The notes under the pieces: generated by a model | What the model was told of the DNA's origin: nothing | The model's input: only the letters and a program-made list of their open reading frames with translations | Databases searched by the model: none | In this document: in pieces, positions 59,416 to 64,000 of the stretch | How the letters are laid out: each line of letters begins with the position of its first letter | Numbering within the stretch: the stretch's first letter is position 1 | Made by a program: the position numbers and the translations under genes | Assembly: GCA_035529895.1 (NCBI GenBank) | Contig: DATKVV010000022.1 | Location: forward strand, 1 to 64,000 | DNA length: 64,000 nucleotides | Source: Sedimentisphaerales bacterium | GTDB taxonomy: Bacteria > Planctomycetota > Phycisphaerae > Sedimentisphaerales > Anaerobacaceae | Direction: 5' to 3'

Positions 59416-59655
59416 TTACAGCAGCGAAGTGGCAGACGTTCGGAGGTCCGTGAACTCTGATTCAGAACAAGCGGCTATCATCCTCTCAGCCGCTTTTACA
59501 TGCCTGGCCTGCGACGGGCAGACCACGATAACAGCATCGTTGAGACAGACTTCTTTCAAGGCCACCCTCTCGTTGATGAATTGGCTGCAACCGGAGCAAA
59601 ACAATATGGACACAGCCAACAGTGTCACCCACCTCGGAATACTTAAGTTATGCAT
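59416..59655 (-). CDS. Possible small lipoprotein (79 aa).
   Basis: Lipobox LFCSGC. Weak evidence otherwise. Confidence 0.2.
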   Translation of the reverse strand: MHNLSIPRWVTLLAVSILFCSGCSQFINERVALKEVCLNDAVIVVCPSQARHVKAAERMIAACSESEFTDLRTSATSLL

Positions 59656-60025
59656 AGCTTCGCCTCACTACAAATTTTGCGGGTCCATCAAACAGGCAGT
59701 ACCCCCCCGTGACCGACAGCAGGCATCTACGTCATTTTTATTGTCAGTAATTGTACGCACAGAGGCCTGCCAGTCAAGGCTCAACACCAGCTTGGTCTGC
59801 CGGAACGCTGGTTTGCCTGCTGTGACGGATTTATCTTGACTATTCTCTCATCACAAGCTTTAATGCCGCCGGGTCGTCTGGGGATGGTCGGTTCGAGCTG
59901 TCTTGGATGCCTGCTTTTTATGAAAAAAACTGTCTCTTGAATAAAAACACCATTGTTCTGCGTCCCTGAATAGACAACAAATTATTACTGCGGCTTTGCG
60001 TGCCGCCGAGGAGTTTAAGGAGTGC

Positions 60026-62539
60026 TCTATGTACCAACGACACAATTATGTGTTCTCAGTGTTCGTTGTGTTGGTCTGGCTGCCTTTAATTATCGCCGGT
60101 GTGCGGGGGGCAGACGACTTTTTCCCGTCGTTTGCCGACGAGCATATCGTCGGTTTGTGGCTGTTCGATGAGACCGACTATCCCTACACGACGCTGACCG
60201 ACGCGGGGCGGCACGAGTATGACCTGCGCCTGATGAAGGGCGGCAAGCTTGTACCCGGCAGATTCGGAAACTGTCTCAAGTTCACGCCAGGTCTCGATTA
60301 TGCCGTCAGTTACGCGGCCTGGAAGGGCGCGGTGGGATTCAACCACATGCGTGAGATGAGCGGCAGGCCGGGCAGCGGGCTTTTCGGACCAACAATTGCG
60401 CCGGAGCAAATCGCAAGGACTTTTGCCGAGCGGGACTTTACCTGCGAGTTCTGGCTGCTGCTGATGTCCAACCCTATCCAAGACGTGGTTCTTGTCGACC
60501 TCGGCGACACGTTCGAACCGGGCTTCAAAGTAACTCTCAAGACCGGCGCAAAAGGCTTCGTAATCGAAAATGCCTATGCCGGTTTCAGAGCCGAATGCCC
60601 AACCATACTTCAGCAAATCTGGGGCCGGGCGTGGCATCATATCGCTTTCACCTACTCGGCCGGAAGTGACCAGCTCAAATACTACATCGATGGCAAAGCC
60701 AGCGAGCCGGTAAAACTTTCCAGAATTGCGAAATCACAGGTCCCCGCCTCCGTTCGGCCTGAATCCATAGCGGACACCACCTACGGTATTTTTGAGAAGG
60801 AGGACCGGCGAAGCCTGCCCGACTACGAAAAACGAATCCAGCACCGGTTCAACTTCGCTTTGGGTCACGACCGCCGCGGCGAACATGACTTCAACGGCAA
60901 CCTTGACGAGCTACGATTCTCCGACGTCGTTCGTTACCAGGCGAATTTCCCTTTGCCCGACAGTTTCAGTCGCAACTACCGCAAGGACGCCCCCGCGCCG
61001 GCCGTCGTCAACGGCCTGCCGCTTTTGTTCGGGCCTGACAAGAGTTACTTACCCAACGAACCTGTGATGCTCGGCTCGCGAAAGCATGTCTTTATTGATG
61101 AAGTGATGGTGGATAAGAAAGAGAACGTCAAACTTACGCTGAACCCCCCGACCAAAGGAGTCAAGCTCAACATAAACGCGGCGTGGGATGCATCCTTCTT
61201 CGAGCACGAAGGCAGGATATACACCATCAAGTCCGAAGGCTATGAAGGGGATGAAGGACCCATAGAATTGTTCGTTTCAGATGACGGCGTGAATTTCGAG
61301 GCGCCCAGCCTCGGTCTTATCGAGCATAGCGGCTCAAAGGAAAACAACCTGGTTATGCTCAGTCTGCCGAGCTGGGGCAAATACTTCAAGGACACGAATC
61401 CTGCCTGTCCGCCGGAGGAGCTGTTCAAGGCGACGCTTTGGGTGGGCCAGCGGGGCATTTACCTTTACTTCTCACCCGACGCAATCCACTGGAGGCGCAA
61501 TGAAACGTGTATGCTTCCTCTTGTCAGCGGCGGCGGATGCGAGACGTTCTGGGACGACCAGCAGGGGATGTATTTCAACTATATAAAGCGTGACGGCAGC
61601 TACAACAGCGGCGAATACCCCAACTACGGAAGAAGCACGACCATGTTCAAGAGCCGCGAAATCAACAAGGCCTGGCCTTTCAATCCCGTGCCCAATCCTT
61701 ATTATGAAGGCTGGCCCTTCCCTGCCGTGACCGGTGAGGGAATAACCGTTCTGGGCCCGGATATCTTTGACCCGGATAATGGCCAGATTTTCCGGACTCG
61801 TCCGCAGAAGTACGAATGGGCGCCCGATACGTACGTGGCGTTTATGTTCCGCTCCGTCTGCGACATGGCCGTAAGCCGGGACGCAGTGAACTGGAAGATC
61901 CGCCCCGAACTGGGATTTTACATGCCGCCCGGCAGATTCATGAACCAGCCTGACTGGCAGCCGGAGTCGTATGGCAAAGCGAGGCATAAGTCAAAGAAAA
62001 CTAAACAAGACGACCGAGAAAAGCCGGGACTGAACGGGCAGGCCAAGACTGTTGACAGCGCTGATTTTACCAGCGGTGACATAGCCAATGGCATCATACG
62101 GCGGGGTGATGAACTCTGGCAGTACGCAAATTGTAGGATGACACGCGGCGGCCTCGCCACGGTTCGATTCACCCAGCGCCTCGACGGTTTCCTCTCGCTC
62201 GACGCTGGCGACAAGCCTGGAATCTTCATCACACGTCCATTCGTTTTTGATGGCCATAAGCTCCTCTTGAACGTCGCGGCAAGAGGCTCGGTCAAGGTCG
62301 GAATCACAAACCTGCCCGGAATGCAGGTGACGGGCTTTAACATAGGGCTGACCAATCCGCCGAAGAAGGCGGTACGAGGCTATGGGATTAATGATTGCGA
62401 CCCCATACGGACGGATTCGGTGCGGCAGGTCGTTACATGGAAGGGCGACCCTGATGTCGGCAACCTGGCCGGGCAGGTGGTGCGATTGCGCTTCGAGATG
62501 CAGAACGCCAAGCTGTATAGTTTTCAATTTGAGCAATAG
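60026..62539 (+). CDS. Large secreted protein of unknown function, using the internal start MYQRH.
   Basis: Signal peptide VFVVLVWLPLIIAGVRG. Long uninterrupted ORF. Confidence 0.5.
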   Translation, partial: SMYQRHNYVFSVFVVLVWLPLIIAGVRGADDFFPSFADEHIVGLWLFDETDYPYTTLTDAGRHEYDLRLMKGGKLVPGRFGNCLKFTPGLDYAVSYAAWKGAVGFNHMREMSGRPGSGLFGPTIAPEQIARTFAERDFTCEFWLLLMSNPIQDVVLVDLGDTFEPGFKVTLKTGAKGFVIENAYAGFRAECPTILQQIWGRAWHHIAFTYSAGSDQLKYYIDGKASEPVKLSRIAKSQVPASVRPESIADTTYGIFEKEDRRSLPDYEKRIQHRFNFALGHDRRGEHDFNGNLDELRFSDVVRYQANFPLPDSFSRNYRKDAPAPAVVNGLPLLFGPDKSYLPNEPVMLGSRKHVFIDEVMVDKKENVKLTLNPPTKGVKLNINAAWDASFFEHEGRIYTIKSEGYEGDEGPIELFVSDDGVNFEAPSLGLIEHSGSKENNLVMLSLPSWGKYFKDTNPACPPEELFKATLWVGQRGIYLYFSPDAIHWRRNETCMLPLVSGGGCETFWDDQQGMYFNYIKRDGSYNSGEYPNYGRSTTMFKSREINKAWPFNPVPNPYYEGWPFPAVTGEGITVLGPDIFDPDNGQIFRTRPQKYEWAPDTYVAFMFRSVCDMAVSRDAVNWKIRPELGFYMPPGRFMNQPDWQPESYGKARHKSKKTKQDDREKPGLNGQAKTVDSADFTSGDIANGIIRRGDELWQYANCRMTRGGLATVRFTQRLDGFLSLDAGDKPGIFITRPFVFDGHKLLLNVAARGSVKVGITNLPGMQVTGFNIGLTNPPKKAVRGYGINDCDPIRTDSVRQVVTWKGDPDVGNLAGQVVRLRFEMQNAKLYSFQFEQ

Positions 62540-62565
62540 CGAATTTGTCACTGAGGAGCTTTGAA

Positions 62566-64000
62566 GTGCTTGTTGCTTCTTACCGTTTTTCGAAGGCACG
62601 CTGTTTACTGCAGCTTGCGTGTGTATTTACTCTGTTTGTCTGTGTTGCGATTCTGTCATGTAGGTCCACGGCGAAAGGTGAAACCGGGTCAGTTATCTGG
62701 CTGGAGGCCGAGCAGTTTCACAAGACCGGCGGATGGTCAAATGACTGTCAGTTTGTGGACCTGATGGGCTCGCCATATCTGCTGGCGGGCGGTCTCGGCA
62801 AGCCGGTCGAGGACGCGGTTACTTTCGCCCAGGTCACAAAGGGGGGAGAATATCGTTTGTGGGTAAGGTGCAAGGACTGGCTCCCCACCCACTCGCCGGG
62901 CAGGTTCGAGGTGCGGATCGGGGACAAAGCTTCGGCAGTCACATTCGGCAAGGCCGAGACGGACGCGTGGCAGTGGGTGGACGGCGGGGTCTTTGAACTC
63001 GAACCGGGCCGGCTGCAAATTCGACTGTGTGACCTGACCGGCTGGTGGGGACGCTGCGATGCTCTGGTCCTTGCCTGCGATGGCTTCAGACCGTCGGACG
63101 ATCCGGCCGCGCTGGCGAGGCAGCGCGAAAAATACGGAGGTGTAAGTCCTGAAATCCGCGACATGGGTGATTTTGATGTTGTGGTGGTGGGCGGAGGTTC
63201 CGCCGGCTGCGGCGCGGCCGTAGCCGCCGCCCGGCACGGCTGCAAGGTCGCATTCATACAGGACAGGCCCGTCCTCGGCGGAAATGCCTCGTCGGAAATC
63301 TCAATCCCGCCGATGGGCTACACCGGCAGCCCGCCGGACAAGGTCAATGTGACCGGGCTGGCGGAGGAATTTTTCCCCCGACAGGACTGGCGGAACTTTG
63401 CAGACTCTAAGAAAATTGAATCCGTTGTCCGCGCCGAACGGAACATCTGTGTTTTTCTAAACACCCGGGCCACCGGCGTCGAGAAGGCCTCCGAAGACCG
63501 CATCAAATCAGTAGTGGCGCTGGATGTTAACGCCGGTCGGCGGATGAGGTTCTGTGCCCCACTGTTTATCGACTGCACGGGGCACGGGTGGGTCGGCTAT
63601 TACGCGGGCGCGGAATATCGGATGGGCCAGGAAGCCCGGCGCGAATTCAACGAATCGCTTGCACCTGTCAAACCCGGCAGCCGCACCATGGGTAATAACC
63701 TCTACAACAGCGCATTCAAAACACACGACAAACCCGTACCGTTCGAAAGTCCGAACTGGGCTTACAAATGGACCGGGCCCAATGACTTCGAGGCGTTGAA
63801 TTCACATAAGCGTCTGGATGAAGTTGTGCGTCCTGCGAACTTCGATGTTCCCTCTCGCGGCCAAGGTCGCAACCCCGGCAGCGATAGAAATGGGGGTGTT
63901 TATCGCACCTGGTGGGTCGAATACGGCGGCGTACTTAACATAATTGAAGATGCGGAGAAAATACGCGATGAGCTGTTTCGGATAAACATCGGCCTGTGGA
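62566..64000 (+). CDS. FAD-dependent oxidoreductase with an N-terminal beta-sandwich (CBM-like) domain. Partial: it continues beyond the window. The start is uncertain (GTG at 62566 or TTG at 62545).
   Basis: Open reading frame with no stop to the window end. Signal-like N-terminus. DVVVVGGGSAGCGAAVAAARHG..GGNASSE dinucleotide-binding motif. Confidence 0.55.
   Translation, partial: MLVASYRFSKARCLLQLACVFTLFVCVAILSCRSTAKGETGSVIWLEAEQFHKTGGWSNDCQFVDLMGSPYLLAGGLGKPVEDAVTFAQVTKGGEYRLWVRCKDWLPTHSPGRFEVRIGDKASAVTFGKAETDAWQWVDGGVFELEPGRLQIRLCDLTGWWGRCDALVLACDGFRPSDDPAALARQREKYGGVSPEIRDMGDFDVVVVGGGSAGCGAAVAAARHGCKVAFIQDRPVLGGNASSEISIPPMGYTGSPPDKVNVTGLAEEFFPRQDWRNFADSKKIESVVRAERNICVFLNTRATGVEKASEDRIKSVVALDVNAGRRMRFCAPLFIDCTGHGWVGYYAGAEYRMGQEARREFNESLAPVKPGSRTMGNNLYNSAFKTHDKPVPFESPNWAYKWTGPNDFEALNSHKRLDEVVRPANFDVPSRGQGRNPGSDRNGGVYRTWWVEYGGVLNIIEDAEKIRDELFRINIGLW

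Overview
The window is a mosaic 64-kb stretch. GC is around 55-60% and the gene content resembles Planctomycetota or Verrucomicrobiota (inference only).

(1) Bases 1 to about 13.7 kb hold a compact phage-like mobile element that continues past the left edge. It has an HK97-type prohead protease and major capsid protein, a tape-measure-like protein with three 60-bp in-frame tandem repeats, and a 1-kb non-coding control region with a textbook sigma70 promoter followed by a strong intrinsic terminator. A four-gene cassette (multi-zinc-ribbon basic protein, tail-fibre-like protein, Cys-rich protein with a conserved N-terminus and hypervariable C-terminus, small Cys-rich protein) is present in two diverged direct copies. 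Each copy is followed by the same ~88-bp non-coding box and by one or two copies of a 47-bp ccgccaa-containing motif. The element ends with an excisionase-type HTH fused to Clp_N repeats and two paralogous small membrane proteins, next to host prmC. No integrase, terminase, portal or tRNA is visible in the window.

(2) Bases 14.5 to 22.6 kb are an accessory patch. It contains an IS-family transposase C-terminal relic and a second 24-bp relic of the same sequence. These flank a secreted HAF-repeat/dockerin-like protein and an imperfect heptamer microsatellite. A flotillin (SPFH) gene and a secreted HEAT-repeat protein follow. Then comes a REP-associated tyrosine transposase (RAYT) embedded in a REP hairpin array that also carries two extra copies of the last 78 bp of the RAYT gene.

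(3) Bases 22.6 to 64 kb are mostly conserved chromosomal genes on the minus strand: asnS (with an unusual coiled-coil insertion), glyQS, mutS, an mnmE-like GTPase, coaX, obg, tkt, an aminotransferase/aldolase/glycerate-kinase cluster and rpmA with a clean terminator. Plus-strand genes include rnpA (TTG start), two tandem CPA-antiporter-CBS paralogs, a MerR-MlaD pair, a sialate O-acetylesterase, several secreted hydrolase-like proteins, an HExxH-peptidase/ATP-grasp overlapping pair, and a partial FAD-dependent oxidoreductase at the right edge.

No CRISPR array, rRNA or confidently identifiable tRNA was seen by eye.
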